Assembly (NCBI GenBank): GCA_964344235.1
Contig: CAYFMJ010000015.1
Coordinates: 1-19,710, forward strand
DNA from: an uncultured Methanosarcinales archaeon
GTDB lineage: Archaea > Nanobdellota > Nanobdellia > Woesearchaeales > GW2011-AR9
Direction: 5' to 3'
Length of the DNA: 19,710 nt
Part shown: piece by piece, positions 1 to 7,502 of the stretch
Layout of the letters: each line of letters starts with the position of its first letter
How positions within the stretch are numbered: position 1 is the first letter of the stretch
Made by a program: the position numbers and the translations under genes
The notes under the pieces: model-generated
Told to the model about the DNA's origin: nothing
What the model saw: the letters and a program-made list of their open reading frames with translations, nothing else
The model's database searches: none

Positions 1-211
1 TTTTGAAACTATAATAAACTTTTCTAAGGCGACCCCGTAGCAATTTCACTTAACACTCATTATGCGAACTTAGCGATATTTTAAGGATAGAAGGCGTGTA
101 TCTCAAATATTACAATGCACGTAATCTCTTTCGTCGTGACAAAATTGACCCACTCTACCACTAGACAACCACGGGTAGAACTTATAAATGAGAAAGATCA
201 TAACATATTAG

Positions 212-1063
212 ATGGATGTGATGTTTCTCGTTGAAAAGTATGGAAAAATTCGTAACCTTAGTCCGAGAACGATAGACACCTATAAAGTAACATTATCAAA
301 GTTCTTTCGTAGACATTGGCGAAAAGATCCACGGGAGATAACAAAGCAGGATGTGGAGAACTACCTGTATGAATTGGTGCAACGTAATAAGTCTCCAAAG
401 ACGATCAATGTCTATTTGAGTGCTCTTAAGTTCTTTTTTGATATTGGATTGAAGAAGAAACTGCTTGTTAATGTTCCTTCATTAAAAACAGAGAAAGAGT
501 TACCTGTATTCTTAACGAAAGAGGAAGCACAGCGGCTCTTTGATGTGATTATGAATGATAAGCACAAATTGATGATTCTACTACTGTATTCTGCGGGTTT
601 GCGGGTGAGTGAGCTTGTTCACCTGAGAGTTCGTGATTTAGAGTTTGCGCAACAATATGGTTGGGTGAGGCAAGGTAAAGGAAGAAGGGATAGATTATTT
701 ATCGTTGCCGAGAAGATAAATAAAGAGTTACAGGAATGGGTTAAAACACAAAGATTACAGAGCGACGACTGGTTATTTCCTTCCTCTCGAGGTGGTCACT
801 TAACTGTTAGGACAGTACAATCCCTCCTTAGAACGGCAACAAAGAAAGCCAAGATTAACAAGAAAGTGACACCACACACATTACGCCATACGTTTGCAAC
901 TCATCTAATCGAGAATGGGTACGCTGTAACGGATGTGCAGCCATTATTAGGACATAATCGCTTGGATACAACCATGACGTATGTTCACATGGCGACTAAT
1001 AGAATGATTCGGGTAAAAAGTCCATTAGATGAGTTAGATAAAAATGCCGTCAAAAGATCATAA
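212..1063 (+). CDS. XerA/XerC/D-like tyrosine recombinase with N-terminal SAM-like domain
   Basis: Complete catalytic set: GLRVSE (R), GKG (K), HTLRH (HxxR), LGH, TMTY (Y). Lacks the integron-integrase-specific insertion between GKG and HxxR. TATA-like CTTATAAA at 181-188, 23 nt upstream of the ATG. Confidence 0.93.
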   Translation: MDVMFLVEKYGKIRNLSPRTIDTYKVTLSKFFRRHWRKDPREITKQDVENYLYELVQRNKSPKTINVYLSALKFFFDIGLKKKLLVNVPSLKTEKELPVFLTKEEAQRLFDVIMNDKHKLMILLLYSAGLRVSELVHLRVRDLEFAQQYGWVRQGKGRRDRLFIVAEKINKELQEWVKTQRLQSDDWLFPSSRGGHLTVRTVQSLLRTATKKAKINKKVTPHTLRHTFATHLIENGYAVTDVQPLLGHNRLDTTMTYVHMATNRMIRVKSPLDELDKNAVKRS

Positions 1064-1352
1064 GCAGTTGTTAAGAACGCTGAACAAGTATGTAAAACAA
1101 GAGAGATGGCAGAAGTTGCCAAAAAAGAAAGGGGAGGTAACCGCTGTTGGGATGACAAAAAGTGGAAATGCTAAAATTAGTATGGAAAACTTGGCATTTT
1201 TTGTACTGAAGAGAAACAAGAATTTGTTTGCTGAGGCTCAGAAAATACGGATCGGTGAGATAGTAAGCGTTGCACTGAGAACACAGCTGGGAAGGTATTA
1301 TTGTGTCAAATTGAGTAGAAGTAAGGATATGGTTTTGAGCAAATGGGGTTGA
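1044..1352 (+). CDS. Small basic hypothetical protein, possible OB-fold nucleic-acid-binding protein
   Basis: 102-aa ORF overlapping the recombinase 3' end by 20 nt. The pattern KGEVTAV...KIRIGEIVSVAL resembles OB-fold strands (inference). Confidence 0.6.
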   Translation: MPSKDHKQLLRTLNKYVKQERWQKLPKKKGEVTAVGMTKSGNAKISMENLAFFVLKRNKNLFAEAQKIRIGEIVSVALRTQLGRYYCVKLSRSKDMVLSKWG

Positions 1353-1355
1353 TAT

Positions 1356-2378
1356 CTACGCATCTACAAAATACCGAATCATATATTCTTTCTTAACATG
1401 TACAATGTCTACATCTTGCACGATGCCACTAAACCTTCTATACAACTCTTCTTCAATTGCATGAATTCTACTTTCTGCATCAACATATAACTCAACTTTG
1501 TAATCGTAAAAACCAACACTTTTCTTCTTGATGTAAAATATTTCGGGAAGGTTAACCAAGAACTCTTCTAGTTCGTCATTTGGAAGCGAAGCGTGGATAA
1601 AGAGGATGTAAAAATAATATCCTGCTCTGCCAGGATGCAACAGGGTGGTATATCGTTTGATTAATCCTCTTTTCTCCAACGATTTTATGCGCATTCTAAC
1701 GGTCTTTTCTGTGATCCCCACTCGCTTTGCAATCACTCTTTTTGGCGTCCTGCAATTTTCTGTCAAGATTTCCAGTAACTTCGTATCAACTGGATCTAAT
1801 GAAATTGGTGTAGTATAATGTTTTGATGTTTTCAATGAGAATTTATCAAAGTCCTTGAAGAACGGATAGGAGAATTGTTTTGATTCAACTGCATGGTTTG
1901 TGTGAATTTTCTTTAAGTACTTCCCAAACATGGAACGAATGTAAAAACAAGCTTCGTAGAGTTGTTCTGGAGTTCTGACAAGAAATGTGCAACATAATGT
2001 AAATGGTCCTGATGTACTTAGCAGCCAACCAGTGTATTTGTATGCTTTAAGTTTCTCTATAGAACTTTGTAATTTCTCTGGTGGTATGCCGTGTAACTTG
2101 ATGAACGTTTCATAGAACCGTAAGCCTAAAGCAGAAGAATTAACAATTGCAAAAAACTTCTTCAAAACACCTCTTTTCTGCAGTTGCTCAAAACGATACT
2201 TGACTGTTTCTTTGGGTAAGCCAACCTTTTTAGCGATCTTAACGAGGGGGAGCGTGGCGTCTTGTGAAAGCTCCCACAGAATGGAAATATCTTTTTTATC
2301 TAATCTGTTGCCCAATTTATGCAATAAAAGGTACAATTGTTTAAATATCTTCCCGTTCTTGCCAATATTTGCTGCCAT
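1356..2378 (-). CDS. Tandem (double HTH-RAM) Lrp/AsnC-family transcriptional regulator
   Basis: Two Lrp-type repeats: LDKKDISILWELSQDATLPLVKIAKKVGLPKETVKYRFEQLQKRGV and LDPVDTKLLEILTENCRTPKRVIAKRVGITEKTVRMRIKSLEKRGL, each followed by a RAM-like domain. The true start may be a TTG at 2315 or 2324, because the ORF-track ATG abuts the TATA box of the divergent gene. Confidence 0.9.
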   Translation of the reverse strand: MAANIGKNGKIFKQLYLLLHKLGNRLDKKDISILWELSQDATLPLVKIAKKVGLPKETVKYRFEQLQKRGVLKKFFAIVNSSALGLRFYETFIKLHGIPPEKLQSSIEKLKAYKYTGWLLSTSGPFTLCCTFLVRTPEQLYEACFYIRSMFGKYLKKIHTNHAVESKQFSYPFFKDFDKFSLKTSKHYTTPISLDPVDTKLLEILTENCRTPKRVIAKRVGITEKTVRMRIKSLEKRGLIKRYTTLLHPGRAGYYFYILFIHASLPNDELEEFLVNLPEIFYIKKKSVGFYDYKVELYVDAESRIHAIEEELYRRFSGIVQDVDIVHVKKEYMIRYFVDA

Positions 2379-2388
2379 ACTTTTATAA
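2379..2388 (+). promoter_or_regulatory. TATA box for the radical SAM operon
   Basis: ACTTTTATAA, 23 nt upstream of ATG 2412; matches the AACTTTTATAAA-like motif seen before several other genes in the window. Confidence 0.6.
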
Positions 2389-2411
2389 TATCAAATGCCC
2401 ATTGAGTTTTA

Positions 2412-3794
2412 ATGGAAGTAGACGTTATAGACTGGAAACTCATAGGAGCCTGTAACTTACGCTGCGGTCATTGTTACGGACCACCGAAATCAGAACAAGC
2501 ACTTCCATTGGAAGATCTTCTTACTGTCACAGAAAGATTTGAGCAAGTAGGCACGCAATGGGTCGTCGTGACAGGAGGAGAACCACTCCTCGTGCCAGGT
2601 ATAGAACGTGTTCTAGAAAGAATGAGTACGCGAGGAATTAAGGTCGCGCTCTCCACAAACTCCTCCTTTTTTCGAAGATATCAAGATATGATTGAACGAC
2701 ATGTCTCTTCACTGAACATTCCTCTTGATGGATCAACACCAGAGATACACGCACTCTCACGACATGATGAGAGAACATTTCACTCATTTTTCGATGTTCT
2801 TGATCATTACAGAGATCATCCAGAAAAGAAACCACCATTAATTCGAGTTGGAACTGTTTATTCAACAGCAACACAGGATGATCTTCTTGCAATGGCGCAA
2901 CTACTTGAACCATATGCAGATGTTTTTGACATGTGGAAAATATATGAACTGATTGATTACGAATTTCAACCAGAGAGGCGTCAATCCCTTCTTCACCCAA
3001 ATGGAAGATTTTCTGGAGACATGAATAGATTACTTGGAGGTACGCCTATCGCAGATAAGATAATGGTAAGCCCAGCTTATCGCAGGGATAAAGCGTATTT
3101 CATGATAAACCCCCAAGGAGAACTAATTCTCCCAACAGACATAAACGGAGTAACACACGAGATAGTGTTGGGAAACTTTCTCACTGACCCATTGGAGGAA
3201 TTAGTAGAAGAATGGAGACAAAGAGTTGTTCCAACGGATTACTTTGAGAATCATACACACTACAGGAGGCAAGAACCAGAATCAATTGAGAATGAAATTA
3301 AATTACGTATTGAAAACCCAGCACTTGTTCGCAATGCACTAAAACATCTTGGGGCGGATTATTCCACAACAGAAACACAAAGTGATACATACTTTGCTCG
3401 AGAAAATGGTGTTGAAGGAGAGAATATCCGTGTCCGTGCAGTCTCAAGTTCTGAAGGCGAACATTATGGTTATCTTACATATAAATCGCCACTCGACACA
3501 GAAGCTAAATTTCTTAAACGTGATGAACACCAAACAAGAGTTGATGATCCAAGTGCAACTTTAACAATCTTAGAGAGTCTTGGTTACAAAGTAGTTGACA
3601 GGATTACAAAAATCAGAGAATTGTATCACTTAGGAAGATTAGAGATCGCTCTTGATTATGTAGAGGGCTTAGGTCATTTCATAGAAGTAGAAGGTGATGA
3701 TACATCTATTATGAGCGTTGTTTCCATTCTTGGTTTGCAAGCGGCAAACCACATTAACAAATCCTATTCAGCATTACGAGATGAAAAACAATGA
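2412..3794 (+). CDS. Radical SAM enzyme (viperin-like motifs) fused to a C-terminal CYTH / class IV adenylate cyclase-like domain
   Basis: CNLRCGHC (CxxxCxxC, aa 14-21), TGGEPL, STN, WKIYE and YFMINPQG. From aa ~292 (nt 3285): ENEIK (ExExK), DTYF, IRVR, LTYK, KIRELY, LDYVEGLGHFIEVE, all typical of CYTH/CyaB. Confidence 0.88.
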   Translation: MEVDVIDWKLIGACNLRCGHCYGPPKSEQALPLEDLLTVTERFEQVGTQWVVVTGGEPLLVPGIERVLERMSTRGIKVALSTNSSFFRRYQDMIERHVSSLNIPLDGSTPEIHALSRHDERTFHSFFDVLDHYRDHPEKKPPLIRVGTVYSTATQDDLLAMAQLLEPYADVFDMWKIYELIDYEFQPERRQSLLHPNGRFSGDMNRLLGGTPIADKIMVSPAYRRDKAYFMINPQGELILPTDINGVTHEIVLGNFLTDPLEELVEEWRQRVVPTDYFENHTHYRRQEPESIENEIKLRIENPALVRNALKHLGADYSTTETQSDTYFARENGVEGENIRVRAVSSSEGEHYGYLTYKSPLDTEAKFLKRDEHQTRVDDPSATLTILESLGYKVVDRITKIRELYHLGRLEIALDYVEGLGHFIEVEGDDTSIMSVVSILGLQAANHINKSYSALRDEKQ

Positions 3795-4327
3795 AACCAA
3801 CAATAGCATTAATCGGTCCACCAGCGGGGGGAAAGAGCACACTCATTAGTCCTTATCAAGCACATGCCGTACAATTAGGTGAGTATACAAAGACGCTCCC
3901 GCAAGATAGTCCTTTACTTGCTCGCTGCCATGAACATTGGAAAGCAGGAACGAAATTTTCAACCGAACTTGTCACGGACTTACTTGCATCCTACCCAATA
4001 CCTTCTGTCGATTGGTTGTTACTTGATGGAACGCCACGCAGTGTTGAGCAAATTCCAATCATTGAAAGAATGTTTGACATGCAAGGCTATGTGCGAATTG
4101 TTATTGACGAGAATATATGGGAAGAACGTGCTTTGCGAGCTGCACGGGAGAGAGGAGATAGATATGATAGTACCATGGATAAGTTAAGGATTCGTAGAGC
4201 AGAGTATGAACGAGACTGGAAAGAGCTAGCGTCAGCAGTTTCATGGTATGAAATTGATAATTCAGGAGATGTTGCTGTTGCTCAGCAACAACTCGATCAA
4301 ATCGTAGAAGATATTTTAAAGAGGTAA
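3791..4327 (+). CDS. Adenylate kinase-family nucleoside monophosphate kinase (short-LID type)
   Basis: P-loop GPPAGGKS, LLDGTPRSVEQ (cf. the DGFPR motif of adenylate kinases) and a short LID RERGDRYD. ATGA overlap with the upstream gene. Confidence 0.85.
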   Translation: MKPTIALIGPPAGGKSTLISPYQAHAVQLGEYTKTLPQDSPLLARCHEHWKAGTKFSTELVTDLLASYPIPSVDWLLLDGTPRSVEQIPIIERMFDMQGYVRIVIDENIWEERALRAARERGDRYDSTMDKLRIRRAEYERDWKELASAVSWYEIDNSGDVAVAQQQLDQIVEDILKR

Positions 4328-4346
4328 AACAAGGAGGTATTAAAAA

Positions 4347-4862
4347 ATGGTTGAAATGATGGATGTTGTCAATGACGACAATGAGGTTTTAGGAAAAGTT
4401 ACACAAGAAGAGATTTACGAGAAGAAACTCGGTCACAGGATAGTTCATGTTTTCGTTGTTCATCCAAAAGAGAATAAGGTTTACTTACAAAAAAGGGCAG
4501 AGACAAAATCGTTTCTCCCAGGTTATTATTGCACCTCGGCAGGAGGTCACGTGCAAGCAGGAGAATCTTACGAAGAAGCTGCACAACGAGAATTGCGAGA
4601 AGAGATTGGTTTACACACACCATTACAAGAGGCAGGTTCAATGCTGTTTGTTTCTGATGATCACAAACGTTTCATTAAATTATTTGTGACGTATGCAGAA
4701 GATGGTTTCAATTTTGCCGATGGTGAGGTGGCGAGTGGAGAGTTTTTAGATTTGAATGCTGCCCATAACTTAATCTTGCGTGACGAAAAAATACATCCAC
4801 AATTATCATTTTGTTATAAGTGGATGTACGAGAATAAACCAAAATTATTTCGAAAGCGATAA
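4347..4862 (+). CDS. Nudix hydrolase (IDI/YfcD-like)
   Basis: Nudix box GGHVQAGESYEEAAQRELREEIG; HRIVHVFV and LQKRAETK elements; SD-like GGAGGT upstream. Confidence 0.92.
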   Translation: MVEMMDVVNDDNEVLGKVTQEEIYEKKLGHRIVHVFVVHPKENKVYLQKRAETKSFLPGYYCTSAGGHVQAGESYEEAAQRELREEIGLHTPLQEAGSMLFVSDDHKRFIKLFVTYAEDGFNFADGEVASGEFLDLNAAHNLILRDEKIHPQLSFCYKWMYENKPKLFRKR

Positions 4863-4900
4863 AGAATCGCTAAAGGCGCTAGAAAGATAGCGTTAGCTCT
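4856..4900 (+). terminator. Stem-loop at the end of the operon (possible terminator or processing signal)
   Basis: GCTAA(4869-73)/TTAGC(4893-97) plus CGCTA(4877-81)/TAGCG(4888-92) with a 3-nt bulge. An alternative hairpin GCGAT/ATCGC spans 4856-4870. Confidence 0.35.
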
Positions 4901-4906
4901 ATTGAG

Positions 4907-5089
4907 GTGGTAAGAACGGAGAAATATATCTTAGATTGGACTTCGAAGGTACAATACAGAAGAGGTACTCCATACATTTCTCTCATTAAACAGCTCAGAG
5001 ATAAGCATATCTTGAGCAAAGGTAACGAAATCAACTGTCAATTAATTATTGTAGATGGGAAGCTGAAAGTGGTGATTGATTTGGAATGA
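4907..5089 (+). CDS. Small protein, possible AbrB/MazE-like swapped-hairpin DNA-binding protein
   Basis: 60-aa GTG-start ORF; the pattern SKVQYRRGTPYISLIKQLRDKHILSKGNEI resembles AbrB-type domains (inference). Confidence 0.5.
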   Translation: MVRTEKYILDWTSKVQYRRGTPYISLIKQLRDKHILSKGNEINCQLIIVDGKLKVVIDLE

Positions 5090-5092
5090 TTT

Positions 5093-5476
5093 CTATAAGT
5101 TCTCTCTTAAAAACTTCCTAACGTCTTCTAGGTTTCTTGTTTCTTTGTTATAATGAAATGTAGTGATTCCAATGGACCTTGCAGATATAACAGCATTCTC
5201 ATTATGCTCAAAATAGACGACCTTTTCTGGTGATAAAGAAAAATGGTTAAGCATCTTCTTATAGTACTCTGCATCAGTTTTATTAGGGTTATGTGCTAAA
5301 GTAAATAACGGATAAGGGAGATCTTTCATTCCAAATTTTTCCTGTTCTTCCTCATTAGCATTTGTAAGAATGATCTTCTTGTTATCAAACCCATCCAACA
5401 TTAACTTCATCTCTTCAAAAATACCCTCTGCCGTTACGAAGGTATTCCATGCGTCTACGAGAATTATTTTTTCCAT
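5093..5476 (-). CDS. Capless HAD-superfamily hydrolase-like protein
   Basis: Start moved to ATG 5476 (MEKIILVDAWNT), supported by the TATA box TTTTTATA 21 nt upstream. HAD-like motifs: DAWNT, ILTN, PNKT, YFEHNENAV. Confidence 0.75.
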   Translation of the reverse strand: MEKIILVDAWNTFVTAEGIFEEMKLMLDGFDNKKIILTNANEEEQEKFGMKDLPYPLFTLAHNPNKTDAEYYKKMLNHFSLSPEKVVYFEHNENAVISARSIGITTFHYNKETRNLEDVRKFLRENL

Positions 5477-5608
5477 ACTAAGTACTTTTGCTCGAGATAT
5501 AAAAAACTTGTGACAAAACGTGACGTTCTGGGGTGCAAAATGGGGTACAAATTGTACCTCGTTTGGGTGAGAGTTACAAATAAATAACATCTAATCTGTT
5601 AAGATTCT

Positions 5609-5866
5609 ATGAATTTTATCAAAGCCGAATTACGACCTTTAATTGTAAATGGTAGGATTATCTACAAGGAAGCTAATCGATCATTTTCGATCATCCGCTT
5701 CAAACGTAGAGTGATTGATTTCTTTCCAGATCTTAAAAAAGATAGAGGTTGGAATTACCAATTAGAATATTGGTTGACTCATGATAAAGTTCTAAAGCGC
5801 ATTAATCAAATGAAAGAGCAAGAGGAAGGCATACCTCTGCTTCTTTACATCTACCCAACAAAATGA
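5609..5866 (+). CDS. Hypothetical protein
   Basis: 85-aa ORF, first of three overlapping ORFs converging on the integrase. Confidence 0.6.
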   Translation: MNFIKAELRPLIVNGRIIYKEANRSFSIIRFKRRVIDFFPDLKKDRGWNYQLEYWLTHDKVLKRINQMKEQEEGIPLLLYIYPTK

Positions 5867-5997
5867 ATCCGGACATAGTTAACAAAATCCGAGAAGAGAT
5901 GTGGAACGAAATCCACAAAATATTAGATGAAACTGAAAGGAAAATAATGCAATTAAAAAAAGATGAAGAGATACATAATTCCAAAAGAGAATATTAA
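5863..5997 (+). CDS. 44-aa helical hypothetical protein (not in the ORF track)
   Basis: MNPDIVNKIREEMWNEIHKILDETERKIMQLKKDEEIHNSKREY; ATGA overlap with the previous stop suggests translational coupling. Confidence 0.55.
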   Translation: MNPDIVNKIREEMWNEIHKILDETERKIMQLKKDEEIHNSKREY

Positions 5998-6133
5998 AGA
6001 TCGTGTCTTTCCGATTAGAATATCGCTTAAAGAAGAAGAGATATTAAGAAAAGAAGCAAAGAAAACAAAAAAAAGTATAGCCACCCTCATTCGTAATGGC
6101 CGTTTGAAAGAGATCAATGAATTTTTTGTTTAA
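5963..6133 (+). CDS. Ribbon-helix-helix (CopG/MetJ-like) DNA-binding protein, 56 aa (not in the ORF track)
   Basis: MKRYIIPKENIKDRVFPIRISLKEEEILRKEAKKTKKSIATLIRNGRLKEINEFFV: beta-strand RVFPIRIS, helix, then the SIATLIR helix typical of RHH proteins. Confidence 0.65.
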   Translation: MKRYIIPKENIKDRVFPIRISLKEEEILRKEAKKTKKSIATLIRNGRLKEINEFFV

Positions 6134-7358
6134 TTAAGCTTTCAAACATTTTTTCTATCTTATCAAATCGTTGAACGATGTTATTGTTCATCATCCTTTC
6201 ATGCATATCAACGGCCTCTTGGATTTTTTCACGATCTAATGGCCTCTTACAGTTAACGCAGAAATCAGCAGTAAAACCATTGCCATAAGAACAAAAACCA
6301 CACGTTTTAACTGATTGGTCACGTTCTTTAGTTGCATCCATTAAACCTCTTCTCTGTAACTCTATCTTAAATGCATCCTCTTGACCACTCATGTCATACA
6401 CCTGTAACTGTTTTGTAGAAGTCCATCGAGCAGCTTGCTGGATTTGTAAATCGCTATCGCCTCGTTGCCTTCTGAATGTGACACCATTACGTTTAAGGCT
6501 ATAGCAGGTAATGCGCTTCTTAATTCCAAGACTACGGCAAGCATAGCGAAGCTTCTTGTTAATGTTAAAGTTAGTTAGCTGAGCAAATTTATTGAAGTTG
6601 CTTGTAGTGATAAAGAAAAAAGAGTCTTTCTGATCCTTAAAGGGATGGTTCTTGTACCACTCAACGACAAAGGGGTAGCTATCGATACATTGCAACATCC
6701 CCGTGCCTTCTTTCCCATGCTCTGAAATCCAAATTTTTGCATAGTTGTCATAGAATTCATAGTCACGGATTCTCGTGTAAAGAATCTCCTGCGGTCTTCC
6801 GAGAGATTCTACCGCTAAAGTGAGATATGCTTGCATTTGTGGATTGCCAGAAAAAAAGCCAACGATTTTATGAAATTCTTCTAACGTTAGGCGGTCATTA
6901 CGGCGTTTCTCTTTACTCTTATCAACGGTTCTTTTAAGATGCCTTACTACATAAGGAACAATAGTTTCATCGAAGCGGCCTCTTTCATCTTTTTCAGGGA
7001 GGATCGTTTTCCAAACATTTTTCAAATCTTTAATGAAATCACGCTTACTTTCAACTGTTTTGTTCCTCTTCTGGGAGAAAGCCACTAATCTATTAATATC
7101 ATTACGGGTACACTCTTTAAGATTCTTGTCAAGAACATAGGTAATCACTTTCATCACATGAAGAACTCTTATCCTACGAATATAACTTAAATCTTTCATT
7201 TCAAAGACATCTATTAGTTTTTTGAAATAAGTTAGGTTTACCGGATTCTTGCAATAATAGATTGCTTTCCTATTTGTTGGTTTATCACAAAGAAGATCTA
7301 GGTTTTTAATCATACTCTCATAACGAGCTTTGCTCTTGTAGATGTCGTCATCTGCCAT
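6114..7358 (-). CDS. Archaeal-type tyrosine integrase with C-terminal zinc ribbon
   Basis: ESLGRPQEI (catalytic R), HGKEG (K), YSLKRNG (variant of HxxR), RWTSTKQLQVY (W and Y) and C-terminal CGFC...CVNC. SD-like AGGTGA upstream; starts 144 nt downstream of the tRNA-Glu 3' end. Confidence 0.85.
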   Translation of the reverse strand: MADDDIYKSKARYESMIKNLDLLCDKPTNRKAIYYCKNPVNLTYFKKLIDVFEMKDLSYIRRIRVLHVMKVITYVLDKNLKECTRNDINRLVAFSQKRNKTVESKRDFIKDLKNVWKTILPEKDERGRFDETIVPYVVRHLKRTVDKSKEKRRNDRLTLEEFHKIVGFFSGNPQMQAYLTLAVESLGRPQEILYTRIRDYEFYDNYAKIWISEHGKEGTGMLQCIDSYPFVVEWYKNHPFKDQKDSFFFITTSNFNKFAQLTNFNINKKLRYACRSLGIKKRITCYSLKRNGVTFRRQRGDSDLQIQQAARWTSTKQLQVYDMSGQEDAFKIELQRRGLMDATKERDQSVKTCGFCSYGNGFTADFCVNCKRPLDREKIQEAVDMHERMMNNNIVQRFDKIEKMFESLIKQKIH

Positions 7359-7502
7359 CGTATTTCACCTGCTTTATTTTAACAGAAGCACAGCTATTTT
7401 AAGCTATGTAATACATGGGATTTGGGGCACCATACTTGGAGTTATATGCCCTACCATCCAGACCCCCATTTTTAGGGGTGGGCACGTAGAGTAGAAGGTA
7501 AG

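Larger units (their letters stand above)
5529..7502. mobile_element. Putative small integrative element or remnant at the tRNA-Glu 3' end
   Basis: Integrase next to a tRNA 3' end, with RHH and small ORFs, and TGGGG(T/C)(A/G)C motifs at both ends (5529, 5541, 7423). No duplicated tRNA 3' end was found, so the boundaries are uncertain. Confidence 0.45.

Noticed and set aside
29-180. Minus-strand tRNA-like opening (CCCGTGGTTGTCTAGTGGTAGAG) with a possible 7-bp closing stem (CTACGGG)
   Set aside because: No valid T-arm, D-stem or anticodon arm could be built even allowing BHB introns; not supportable as a tRNA or known ncRNA without a covariance search.
212-1063. Integron integrase with a cassette array
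   Set aside because: Lacks the IntI-specific insertion, and I found no attC-type RYYYAAC...GTTRRRY hairpins between the downstream genes.
136-5518. 9-bp direct repeat GTGACAAAA at 136-144 and 5510-5518 as att sites
   Set aside because: Short, AT-rich and unrelated to the tRNA sequence; could easily arise by chance.
5477-5590. N-terminal extension of the HAD ORF as in the ORF track
   Set aside because: The TATA box and HAD motif I position support ATG 5476; the extension runs through the repeat and promoter region.
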